A stretch of 64,000 nt of DNA from Chlorokybus atmophyticus (Eukaryota > Plantae > Mesostigma and Chlorokybus algae): contig RHPI01003369.1 of the NCBI GenBank assembly GCA_009103225.1, forward strand, positions 851,490-915,489. The letters run 5' to 3'. Below, piece after piece: positions 24,901 through 36,179 of this stretch (positions are counted from its first letter, which is position 1; the number at the start of each line of letters is the position of its first letter). The translations under genes and the position numbers were made by a program. The notes under the pieces were generated by a model. The model did not search any database and was not told where the DNA came from. It was given only the letters and a program-made list of their open reading frames with translations.

Positions 24901-27900
24901 CCGGTGCTTGGGTTCATGCGATAGTACACTATCGGCGCAGTGTCATACTCGCTCTCAGGCAAGCGGGAGAACATGGTCTGCGTGTCGCGAGCCATATCCG
25001 GAGAGGCGAACACGCGCACTTCATCAATGAAGCCGTTGAAAAACTTGCCAGTGTCAGCATTGCAGTGGCCCATCTCGGTGATGCCGCCGGTGCCGCCACC
25101 AGAGTTTGCGAGCAAGCGGCGGCGGCCGCCCTGATCAGGTGGGGGAGGGGAAGGTGGGGGTGGAGGAGGAGGTNNNNNNNNNNNNNNNNNNNNNNNNNNN
25201 NNNNNNNNNNNNNNNNNNNNNNNNNNNNNNNNNNNNNNNNNNNNNNNNNNNNNNNNNNNNNNNNNNNNNNNNNNNNNNNNNNNNNNNNNNNNNNNNNNNN
25301 NNNNNNNNNNNNNNNNNNNNNNNNNNNNNNNNNNNNNNNNNNNNNNNNNNNNNNNNNNNNNNNNNNNNNNNNNNNNNNNNNNNNNNNNNNNNNNNNNNNN
25401 NNNNNNNNNNNNNNNNNNNNNNNNNNNNNNNNNNNNNNNNNNNNNNNNNNNNNNNNNNNNNNNNNNNNNNNNNNNNNNNNNNNNNNNNNNNNNNNNNNNN
25501 NNNNNNNNNNNNNNNNNNNNNNNNNNNNNNNNNNNNNNNNNNNNNNNNNNNNNNNNNNNNNNNNNNNNNNNNNNNNNNNNNNNNNNNNNNNNNNNNNNNN
25601 NNNNNNNNNNNNNNNNNNNNNNNNNNNNNNNNNNNNNNNNNNNNNNNNNNNNNNNNNNNNNNNNNNNNNNNNNNNNNNNNNNNNNNNNNNNNNNNNNNNN
25701 NNNNNNNNNNNNNNNNNNNNNNNNNNNNNNNNNNNNNNNNNNNNNNNNNNNNNNNNNNNNNNNNNNNNNNNNNNNNNNNNNNNNNNNNNNNNNNGGGTGG
25801 GGGTGGCGGGTGGGGTGTGGGAGGAGGTGGTGGCGGTGGTGGAGAGGGCGGAGGAGGTGATGGTGGAGGGGGAGGAGGGGGAGGTGATGGTGACGGTGGT
25901 GCCAGACCGCACCAGACACCACCAACGTAGAAGTTGCCACCTGCAGAAGGCACACCATCCATGGCGAATGGAATAGAGAAGTTGAGCTTCACGCCATCCA
26001 CCATGAGTGTTGCCTCGTATGCAAAGTCGGACATGTCGGAGGGAAGGTCAATCTCCGTGTTGTTGATGACCACCTCAGCGTAGTGCCACTCGTCGAGCAC
26101 TGCCACCATGCTAACCGTCTCGTTGTATTGGTAGTTGAGTGTCTCAGAGCCGTACTGAACCTCCGCGTCTGAGTACAGATACACGCGCTGGTTCTTGTAC
26201 ATTATGCACACTTGCAGCGGGACGTTTGAGCCTTGGTTGCCAGCGCAGGGGGCCGCAAAGCACAGCACCGGCTGATCCTGGCAGACGCTGTCGCCAATAG
26301 GATAGAACCATGCTCCCATCGTGATGCCGGAGAAGGGAGTGTTGGAGGCAGCATTGTTCGCCCAAGGCGAGTCAACGTAGTCATCATCACCGTCAAAGTA
26401 CAACGCCATCTCCATGACTGTCAGCGACTCGGGAGTTGTGTATGATGGCATGACAGCTCCGGTTGTGTTCTGACTCTCACATGGGTAGGGGATTTGTGTA
26501 CCCTCCGCTGCGGCATTGTTGGTGATGCTCAGGTCAAATACTCCAGGCGTGTCTTGGCCAGGTACATCGCACTCGACGCGATCGAAAGCCATAAACTTGG
26601 CTGGGATCAGCTCATCATTGAGAGAGCACTGCAGCCACTGAGAATTCGCATAACCGAAGCCGAGCATGGTAACTTGATCGTGGCCATCGATAGGGATGGT
26701 CTGCAGCAACAGGTTCTCATAGTACTCGCTGCACCTGTAGTCATTGGTCGTTGGTATCCCTTAAGATAAATACAGCAATAGAAAAACATGGCACGCACAT
26801 GATCACTTGAAAGCACATCTTACCCAATAGGTGTTGGTGCAGGTGTTGGTCCAGTCCAGGCGCCAGAGTCAATAGCGTTGGGTACATAACTCCACAGGCT
26901 GGTGGGAGCACACCATGAACTGTCGCGTGCCTTAGCAGCTTGCAGAACGCAAGGCGGCAAGAATGGCACGGTGGTCATGGTCCAGAGCGGCTCATCATTA
27001 GCAGCTCCATCAAATGCATGAACAGCCAAGGCAGGGTTGTTGTAGCGCGAGCTGTCCGATACGACGCTTCCCGTGAAGTCATTAAACGCGTAGCGCGCGA
27101 TCTGGTCCTTGGCTGTGTCTGGCTGCACGGTGCTACAGCTGGGGCTAAGGGCGCCACGCGTGACGTTGCCGGTCCACATGATGGCCTGCACCTCGCACGC
27201 CGTCAATGCGCGTTTCCACACGGTCACCTCCTCCACCATGCCCTTGAAGCAGTGGCCGATGCCATCGGAGTAAGCCAGCAGCCTGCGGCGGCCTCCCTGA
27301 TCCGGCGGAGGCGGGCTGGGTGGCGAGGGCGGTGGGGGTGATGGCGGCGGATGGGGTGGTGGCGGGGAGGGTGGTGGTGGGGGAGGTGGTGGCGGCGGGG
27401 GGCTCGGGGGAGGTGGAGAGGGAGGCGGCGGGCTAGGGGTTGGTGGCGGGGGTGAAGGAGGTGGTGGCGGGGGTGGAGAGGGAGGAGGTGGGGAGGGAGG
27501 AGGCGGGGATGGCGGTGCGCGCTGGAACTGGTAGGTGCACCCGATGTGGAGCTCGCAGAGCGGGATAGATTCGGGGAACAGCTGTGTGGTAATGTTGGTA
27601 TCGAGGAGACCATCAACATACAGGCTGGCTGTTCCATTGCTGTGGACAGTGAGCATGACATAGTGCCATTCATCGGCGGCAGCCACAATGTTTCCGGCCT
27701 GGAACTGCACCGTGCCTTCGTGCGTGCGATCGACGTACGCAAAGGTGTTGTCGGTCTGATAGTACACCGCAATGCCTTCTGCGCTGATGACATTCTCAAA
27801 CTCCAGAAGACGACGGCCACCCTGTTGAAGGTTGATGTCAGCATGCAATCTGGATCACCATGTGCAATCCAACAACGTGACATTAAGCTTACTGCTTCCG

Positions 27901-30900
27901 GAGGAGGTGGGGAAGGTGGAGGTGGTGGGTGAGGTGAGGGCGGTGGTGGAGGAGGTGGAGGGTGCGGGGTTGGGGGAGGAGGGCTAGGAGGAGGCGGAGG
28001 GGGTGGGGAAGGCGGCGGTGGTGAGGGCGGCGGTGGTGAGGGTGGAGGAGGAGATGGAGGTGGTGGCGGCTCGGGTGTAAGCTTGCTTGTCCACATGAAA
28101 ACGATGCTGTCCTTTGCCATGCCGCTCTGCATCACATCAGTACCTTGTCAGCCTTGTGTCTGATTCAATTTGGTGGAGTGCGTGTCAAGAATTGCAACTA
28201 CTGGCAAAGACGTACCTGCGGATATACCCAGCCACCCACAGAGTATCCTGTAAATGTGCTGTTCAGATCATCGGCGACAGTGTCAGAGTTGACAAACTCA
28301 TCAACACCATTGAACCGCATGGCCTCCTCCAGATAGTACAGCGGAACCTGAGTATTGTATCCGTTGTATTAGCACCACAAACAACAAGTGCCTACACAAC
28401 TGTGCACAACACTTTTGACATACCTGGTTGTCACTGAAATCAACATCATTGTTGCTGACATCAACAGGGGGCGAGCACGGCGTGGATTCAGGAGTGATGG
28501 CTTCGATGTCTGTGTTGGAGATCCACTTGGCGGGAATGACTTCCGCTCCGACCCTGACTTTCAGCCACTGGCTGCGAGCAAAGTTGGCTCCCGTCACGGT
28601 CATCTGCTGCCCACCATGAACGTGTGCAACGGGGGGGCCATCTTCAACAGACACGCGCAGTGGGCAAGTCTTCGTGAGAGGAGTTGGGGCCCACTCGTAC
28701 GTGTACACGCCAGTCCCATTCCAGCGAGCATGGTTGTCTGAGCCCGAGGAGTCCACGATGGTGAAGTTCATCGCTTCAACAATGAACTCCGCAGTGCCAG
28801 GGTTGGCAGGTGCAGTGCCGTCTGTCTGCGGGTACTGGTAGAACCCATCAAGGGCGCCCTCGTTGAACTTGTAGTACCCAACGAGGCCAACCTCTACTGA
28901 AGCATCCAAATGATACGTCATCTGTGCGGAGATCTCGATTGACGTCAGCGCCCTGCTGTAGATGCGGACCTCATCAATCAGGCCGGTTGTTGTCTGGTTA
29001 TACAACGAGCCAATGAAGAAGTGGCCTTCCGCGCCGTTGACGCTTTCGAGCACTGAGCCAACAACGCCGACCTTGCCGTCGACCATGTCGGCATTGGTTG
29101 ACTCCTTCGACCATGGGTAGTGCTCTCGGCTACCGCTGGCATACTGAACATACTGCACGCCATCCAAGTAGATAGTGACCAGGCCGGCGGGGTCGATGGT
29201 GAGCATGGCAAAGTGCCACTCGCCATCGCAGTACATAGGCTCCGTGCTAAGAGTTGTCTGATTCACATCGCTGCCGTTGACGTACACCAGCTGATAGTAG
29301 CTGCCGAGGGTCTTGTTGTTGACACCATCATTGAAGGCGAGAGGGTACACTGGCTCCCACAGGAGCTGATGCACGATGATGAACTCAGCGCCGCTCTCGG
29401 GGGTGTAACCGGCCGTGAGGATTGGCTGCGCAAAGGCGCCTGTCTCTTCAAACAAGAACCACGCGCCCATGGACATGCCGCAGTCGGCCGTGAGAGAGGG
29501 GAGGACCTCATCCGCCAACACGTACGCTCCGGACTCGAAGCTGGCGGCCATGTCGGTGACAACAATAGTGTAGCAGCGCTCATCGCAATATGTGCCATCT
29601 GTTGGGTCGCACGGGCCCTCAAGTGTAGAACCCCACTCGGCCGGGCTGCGGCTGTTTTGCGCGGTGAAGCACAGCTGGTATTCGCACTCTTGCGACGAGG
29701 CGGGTGTCCACATGAAGGTCTTTGTTGAGGGGTCGCTGACATGGTCGATGAACTCGGCTCCGTCGGGAAGCTCTCCCTGGCTGAGGTTGATGCGGATGGG
29801 CCCGTAGCCGGAGCCCTGCTTGGCGGCCAGCATGAAGCTCAACGTGTTGTTTGCGGTGACGTAGAACTTGGTGTTGTTGAAGGGCGTCACTGCGGTAGGT
29901 AGAGTGCCGAACGTGTTGTACATTGCGGGCGTCGGCCATGCGCGCTGATCCATCCAGTACAGCGGCTTGTCCTCGTACAACGTGATGTGGACACAACGGA
30001 ACTGGGAGACGATGTAGTTGTCCGTTGTCAAGAAGCAGACCGCCACATCCCTCGGGCGCACATCAACGTCCACACCATTCAAGGTCTCAAAGATTGGCGC
30101 CCACGTAAATGTCCGACGAACCTGTAAGGGTTTTCTTTCTTGTCAGTCACCATCTCGCGTAATATCAATATGACCTCATTGCTGAGCCAATAACATACCA
30201 ACAGCACGCGAGCAGTGCCAGGTGAGTGATGGTGTGTGTACCTGTCGCTCATCGTCGCGAACATGGTCGCCAAGAACCATTCCTGTGTAGAGGCCCACAT
30301 CAATAATTTGCAGCTCCACGCACTCATCATCGTCGCGCGCAACCAGGTTGAAGGTGACGGTGCTGCCCACACGCTTGCGGAACAAGGCTCGCGGAATAGG
30401 GCAGGTGGAGGTGGGTGGCATGCACTCCACGTCCTTTGGCGTCAAACCGTCATCAACAGTCACCGACTCCACCCAGTATGGCGGACTGTGAAAATATAAC
30501 GCGTCAGTGACTATAATCTGTGTCAACCAAAGACAGGACACACAGTGCCCACTTTGCATGCAACTTACATGTTTTTCTTGCAGGAAGGAACGGCTGGAAT
30601 AATTGACAGCGGCAAGACGGGGTTGGGCAGAGTCTGCACGAGGTTGCTGCAGTCCATGTCTTTGTTCAAAAGGGCATTATTAGCGTCAACCACAACACCG
30701 GGGCAGCTCGTGCCAGTCGGGCAACTGTCGGAGCCGCTCAGCGCGTGTCCAGGCACCACCGGTCGGCAACGCGTGTAGTCTTCAACAACGGTGGTATTCT
30801 CCTCACCACCTCCGCAAATGGTGCACTTGCCGGTGCCCGGCCCGTTGTAGACGAACGGGGCCGTGTGAGGGTCTCCGTAGAATCCATCGGCGGCGCGGAA

Positions 30901-33658
30901 CGTTTGGATGCCGCTGAGGGTGTTCTGGCAATCGATGGAGCAGTAGTGCATCGACGGGTACAGGTAGATGAGGAAGTCCAGCGGCGTGGAGATGTTGCCC
31001 TTCATCGGGCCGTTCATGTAAGCAGCAGACGCATCATTTGCTGGGCCCGACACCTGAAACGCATCACTGTTACAACACATCCACCAAGCAGATGATAAAG
31101 AACAAAGCACATGAACCAACAACAGCACTCACCATGACCACCAAGTTGTAGAAGCCGGACTTCATGGGCTGGCGGGGAGGGTTGGGAGCGGGGCTGCCAT
31201 CCGGGTAGGGTGCCGAGTCAATCTCAAATGGGCCGATACCAGTCTCCCAGGTCACGATACCAGTCAATTCATCAATGACAAGGTAATCTGGGTTGGTAGC
31301 GTAGTTCACATTGTCGGACCAAGCTGGCAACGACGGGTTGAACTGCGCGCGCTGCGCCTCGTACACCCACGGCCACCACGTCATGGTTGTAGGGTTGTAA
31401 ACCGGGTTGCCCATCAATGCACCATACCTAATTTGGTAATCAGTAAGGTGAGTGACTGTCAAACAACTATCATCTGTTGTAATGTGTACTGAACAAGAGC
31501 ATAACACTTACTCGACCCTGGTACCCAGCCGATAGTACATGGGCTGGTTAGCAAGTTCACCCTCGCCTTGAGAGATCAAGTCTGGATCGAACGCAGCGAT
31601 TTGGAAGTTCGCCATGCCCTCAGCGCGGCCAATATAGGGTTGAGGCAACACGGGGATCTGCGAGCACCAGGTTTATGCCCATGAGCAAGCTCTCTCTTTT
31701 GTTCTCGAGCAACACCATCATTGCAATGCAATGATGGTGTTGATGTGGACAAACCTGTGTAGGACGTGGTGAGTTGTTGGTTCCCTGTACGTTAACGGTG
31801 ACTTCCAGACGGAAGCGACCGTTCTGGTTGTTGTTGAGGTTGACAAGACGGTTGCCTCCAGTGAAGTAGGCTAGCCATGGCTCAGCGGCTGACTTCTTTG
31901 CAGTGGCGTAGTTGTGAGTAAACACAGCCTTGCCACGAATGAAGTTGCCGGCTTTGCTTGAGGTCGAGTCCACCTGGTTGATAGCCATTGAAACCTCTTG
32001 CGTGGCTCCATCGCCATAGAAGAAACCGAAGACCTGCCAAGTCTGGTTTAGAATTCACCAACTACGTGTGCATACATCATGACGAGTTGTGCAAATGCAA
32101 GCAAACTGAAGTAGCATTTGCTGAGCCTTGTCATAACATCCAACCTGTGACCAAGGCGTGCAGTAATCGGGTTGATCGTTCGGTCCAGCTTCGCAAGGAA
32201 GGCCGCTTGGGTACAGCGCAGCCAGCGTCGGCTCAGAGAACTGAACCAGCGTGCCGACGGAAATGCCGTTCGGGCAGTCGGGACTGTCACCAGGATCATT
32301 GTACGACGTGCACTGGCAGGGGCCGTGAGGGCAAGCCTGCGTTGTGCCGCTCGCTGGCAGCAGCGGGAACGCCGAACCCAGACCCCTTCCCACCGGAAAT
32401 CGCAAGTAGTACGGGTGGTTGGGGTCGTCATATGTCGTTCCAGGCGCAAACTGCTCACAAGAAACAAGGGCGTGTCACACAGTGGTTTACAACAAGCATG
32501 AGATGTGCTCTGGCATCAACAGTTGAAACCACATTGCCACCTGCAGGGGCTCAGCACAGCCCTCCCCGTTCTGTTGGGGTTTTGTGTTCTTTGTTTGTTT
32601 GTTTGTTTGGTTTTTTTTTTNNNNNNNNNNNNNNNNNNNNNNNNNNNNNNNNNNNNNNNNNNNNNNNNNNNNNNNNNNNNNNNNNNNNNNNNNNNNNNNN
32701 NNNNNNNNNNNNNNNNNNNNNNNNNNNNNNNNNNNNNNNNNNNNNNNNNNNNNNNNNNNNNNNNNNNNNNNNNNNNNNNNNNNNNNNNNNNGGGGGGGGG
32801 GGGGGGGGGGGGGGGGAGCAACCAGTGCTCATGTTGAGATCGCTAAGCTCATAAGCAAGAAGTACATATTCACCTAGAGCTAAGTGTGATGACCCACCGT
32901 GAGGAACGTGTTTGGGTCAACGATGATGTGAGCGGGTGGCACAGTGGTGATGGGAGTGTCGGGCACACCCGAGTGCCAGTCCACGCCATCCGACGACCAC
33001 AGCTCGTTGAAGAACTTGCCCCATGTGTAGTCCCGACGGAAAGCCGCCTGAAATGTAAACTGCACCTGGTACTGCGTTGACGCATCTGAACCCGGCTTGG
33101 GCTCCCAGTAGATTGTACCGTAGCGGAAATGCGTGGCTGCGCAATTACGTCACCGTTAGTCACTGAGGCTTCCATATTACGCAAAAGCATGAGACCTTAT
33201 CGACACGCATAGCTCCCTGACAAGTGTGTTCGTGCTTTGGTACTCTTTTTACAACTGCAACTGAAGGTGGTGGTGTAGCGCAATTGAGCAAGAAGCTACT
33301 GAAGGTGATGTTGAGGCCACTCAATTGACTTACGTTGAATTCAAAAAACAAGCAGTTTAACACGAATGGAGCACACATCTTGGTAATGTCCTCACATGTG
33401 TATGCAGCCGATCACAAAACTCTACAGGCACACCGCTATGAGTGCGTAGTCAACAGTGAGCCGACTACATGTGGACAGTACTCTAAGTGGATGTGCTAAC
33501 GTCAAGCACAACGTTTGCTGAGTTACAAGTGCGATCGACCAACGCCCGCCCTTACCAGAGGCAACGGAGAGTGTACAGAGCAAAAGCAACAGCGCCTTGC
33601 TCGCCAGCTGCCCGCCCCCCTGGCGGGGGGGCCGTCTTCTCCGGCTTCCTTCTTCCAT
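15929..33658 (-). CDS. Giant secreted multidomain glycoprotein of about 5,000 aa: signal peptide, HFRYG-type N-terminal region, ~7 LamG/ConA-like domains, IPT/TIG x3, Ser-Pro(n) rods x4, SUEL lectin x2, PA14, filamin-like x2 or more, DUF2341, C-terminal Kelch propeller
   Basis: ATG at 33658 gives MEEGSRRRRPPRQGGGQLASKALLLLLCTLSVAS, spliced to ATHFRYGTIYWEP. Long - strand ORFs (28301-30082, 26820-27848, 25135-26709, 23646-25958, 20989-22680, 16690-20154, 15929-16735) are linked by GT-AG introns. LamG motifs (xAWVYP...WH...LYVDG...F.G.IDEVR) recur. Stop at 15929; no C-terminal TM segment seen. The N gap 25174-25794 lies in a Pro-rich coding tract. Confidence 0.88.
17540..17890 (-). other. DUF2341-like domain within the giant protein
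   Basis: WEDYFAFRAPVTVSG...EVVVDTAALMAEGSLRGDCGDIRFVTSDGTMLQYWVD...LFWVEV...FMYYGS...IFELFEGFE matches the DUF2341 pattern (D..DIRF....L.YW.E...WVK...Y.YYGN...F..FDDFE). Confidence 0.75.
18780..19040 (-). other. SUEL/galactose-rhamnose-binding lectin domain (C-terminal copy)
   Basis: HITCPVGTLISDVVFANYG...CSSNNSMSVVSAACLGESSCTV...FFGNPCDRVTKSLAISVIC. Confidence 0.85.
20200..20890 (-). other. Two filamin/ABP280-type Ig repeats
   Basis: FTVTSRDACGNRRKVGGD...DLNDGTYSVMF and TVDAYGNLRTMGGD...DNYDGTYTITY. Confidence 0.8.
21735..22130 (-). other. PA14 carbohydrate-binding domain
   Basis: INAEWGLAAP...DDWSVEITGW...YNFSVRADDAVALKVDD...LSGSIEL...YSIWFAY...LRWS...VP..NL. Confidence 0.8.
24005..24320 (-). 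other. SUEL lectin domain (N-terminal copy)
   Basis: LTLTCPTGLRMENLQFASFGRP...CDSNSSTVHEVVVELCIGQSTCSIP...FGDACPHDKKWLSVAIEC. Confidence 0.85.
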
Positions 33659-35721
33659 TGGAGGAAGGGGGAGACTACGGCAACTACAGGGGCGATGACA
33701 TGCCCTGTACAAGAGGGGATCGCTGCTGCCTGCCCTCAATGCACCTTGAAGCACAATCAACGCCCTAATCCGTCCGGCGCTCGTCTCAAGCAGATCAGCA
33801 TGCGCCGATCCCAGCTCCAACACGTCCTTCTGGCCTCTGAAGGCCTGCGTGGGGGCAACACTCCCGCTCCTCCTCCTCCGCCGCCGCCGCCGCCGCCGCC
33901 TTGCCTGGGCCCGCGAAGCCCGCTGTGATAACTGTCTGCTAGGCGCTGGCGGGGAAGTGTTAACCTTATTTTTCCCCCACTCAATGTGTGTCACATTGCC
34001 GCGTTGCCCACCCCTCCAACTAACTGTCGCGCATGAAGACAAATTGCCGATAACGGTTTTGCCGAGGGGATTGAAGGCTTGGACAAAAACCGCAAAAACT
34101 TGAAGGTGTTCTAGGGTTATTCCGCATACCAAGCCCATTTTCGCGAACTTGCTTCACATACAGTGCAAACTGCTCGACCCCAATTGTCTTGAGTTCTGAG
34201 GAATCAGTTTATTCATATAAATTTCCACCAAAGTTAAGTTTCTAGTTGCAGGTTTAACGCGTTCAGACGCCTTTCTACCGGTAGTTTATCGGCGGCAGGT
34301 CCCATTAAAGCGTCACGTGACTTGCCAGCTTCCAGGCATTCTTACACCGATTTACCTGCTGGCTGTAACCATACGGACAAGCACAACAGACTGCTGCAGA
34401 CCATACCACCTGTGGGTAATCGTATCTGGCAATGTCACTCAATCAAGCCTAGACAAGCCTAGATTGTCACTATGCTGTTGAGTCAACAGCAGGATGATCA
34501 GCAATGGATAGTGTACCACGAGTACATGATTTAAAGTGTAAAATGTAGTTATAGACACACGCATATATAGATGATTGTGTATATAGGTGTAATTCACTGT
34601 CATTCTCACGCATTATCATCAAAGATTATCTTATTATCAATTGTTGCGATGTAGTCACTACATTGTAGGAAGCTGCATATGTTTGATATATACAAACAAT
34701 ACAGCAATGCGCCGCATGACGTGCATGCAGCAATCTAGATTTCAATTATTGTCTGCATATTTTCCACTTAGCACACATGCGTACAACGCGCACGTCCTCG
34801 CACAGGGCTGCTCCCATGTGCACATGCAGGCTCACATATATAGACGCATGTGCATGCGCCCACCCACACCCACACACATACACGTACATGCTCCCACACT
34901 CATTCACGTGCCACTTTAAGTGGCGCTGTTAATATCTTAGCCGTCGCAAACACCTTTCAGAAACATCTCAACATCTGAGACAGGTACCCATGCACACAAA
35001 GCTACAAATGTTAACATTTTCATCGCAAATACCCTTACAAACCATCTCACTGTTTAAGGTGGATACCCATGCCCCCCCCCCCCCCCCCCCCAAACANAGA
35101 AGAAGAATTGAATGTGCATGTTGTAGTAACACACGTTCACTACACATTCAATACAGCGTCTCCTCATTGTCAGGGTTAACGTTGCGCTCTGGAATTGATA
35201 GCTTGCAACGAGAGCATATAAAGACATTGGGGGTATAATTTGCTCGCACTGGGCAACCTGCTGTTGAGCCCCATCACCACGCCATTGCCGTTGTTGCTAT
35301 TCATATGCATGTTTGCTGCCATTAACGACTAACCGTTGATGTGCATCACGTTGAGCAAACCTTACCACTACCACTGCTTGCTTGCATGCGGTAATGTGAT
35401 GTCCGATATCCTTTGGTCACAGCAGTGTTCTTGCATATGCTATATCATTACGAATTTCAACATGACAGGGTGCTTTAATACCACGATACAATCTGCCTTC
35501 GATATAAGCAAATTCTGACTATTGCAAGTTTACCTCGTTTTAAGCACATCTTGCGGTCAGATTAAGGCAATCTGCAAGGCTATTTACTCCGACGCATAGC
35601 ACTCAGGTTTGCACACCATGTTGTACAGTATGTGGATGACCTCTGCGTTGTGGCATTGCCAGAGTTCACTGCGTGCATGTACCTGCACCCACAAGCCTTG
35701 GGTGGCAACATATACCCACGT

Positions 35722-36057
35722 TGTCAGGAGAGGGGGTGCTCCCTCATACCTTTAATCCCGTACCCCAACACCACCACCAGCCACGTCGCCCACCCCGCCG
35801 CCGCCAGGGGCAACTGCCGAAGCAGAAGATCCCCTGGCTATGGCGGCCGCTGCGTTAGCAGCGCCGCCATGCGGCTGATATCGACATGAGACTCATGTCT
35901 CATGTCGATATCAGTGTTACAGATAAGTAACACTACATTAGGGCCTTAACATAGGTTAACGGCCCTAATATGGCTTAATAGGCTGTATAATCCCGTTGGG
36001 ACCCTTTTTTAATCCTAAATAAGGGCGGGGAACCTCTATGGAGGTAGCACCGTTACA
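35722..36057 (-). repeat. 3' LTR of the chromovirus (336 bp)
   Basis: About 19 substitutions and one 2-bp indel versus 42831-43168 by manual alignment (~94% identity); the PPT abuts at 36058-36071. Confidence 0.95.
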
Positions 36058-36179
36058 TTCCCCCCCACTTAGGTTTCAATGTCATAATTGAAGGGTTAGC
36101 AAAGCCCCCCCACGAGTAAAGGAACGAAAGTAGTAAGAGAATTAGGGCCGAAGCGGTAAAGATGTCTGCCAGCACCCTT

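Noticed and set aside
25174-25794. Length of the third Pro rod and the poly-X ORFs
   Set aside because: N gap of estimated size. The same caveat applies to gaps at 14836-14869, 32621-32791, 43702-43796 and 58644-58745
15998-29996. Many long + strand ORFs (e.g. 17542-18399, 18251-18988, 19541-20182, 29120-29728)
   Set aside because: Antisense shadows of the GC3-rich giant gene; the Gly-rich ones mirror the Pro codons
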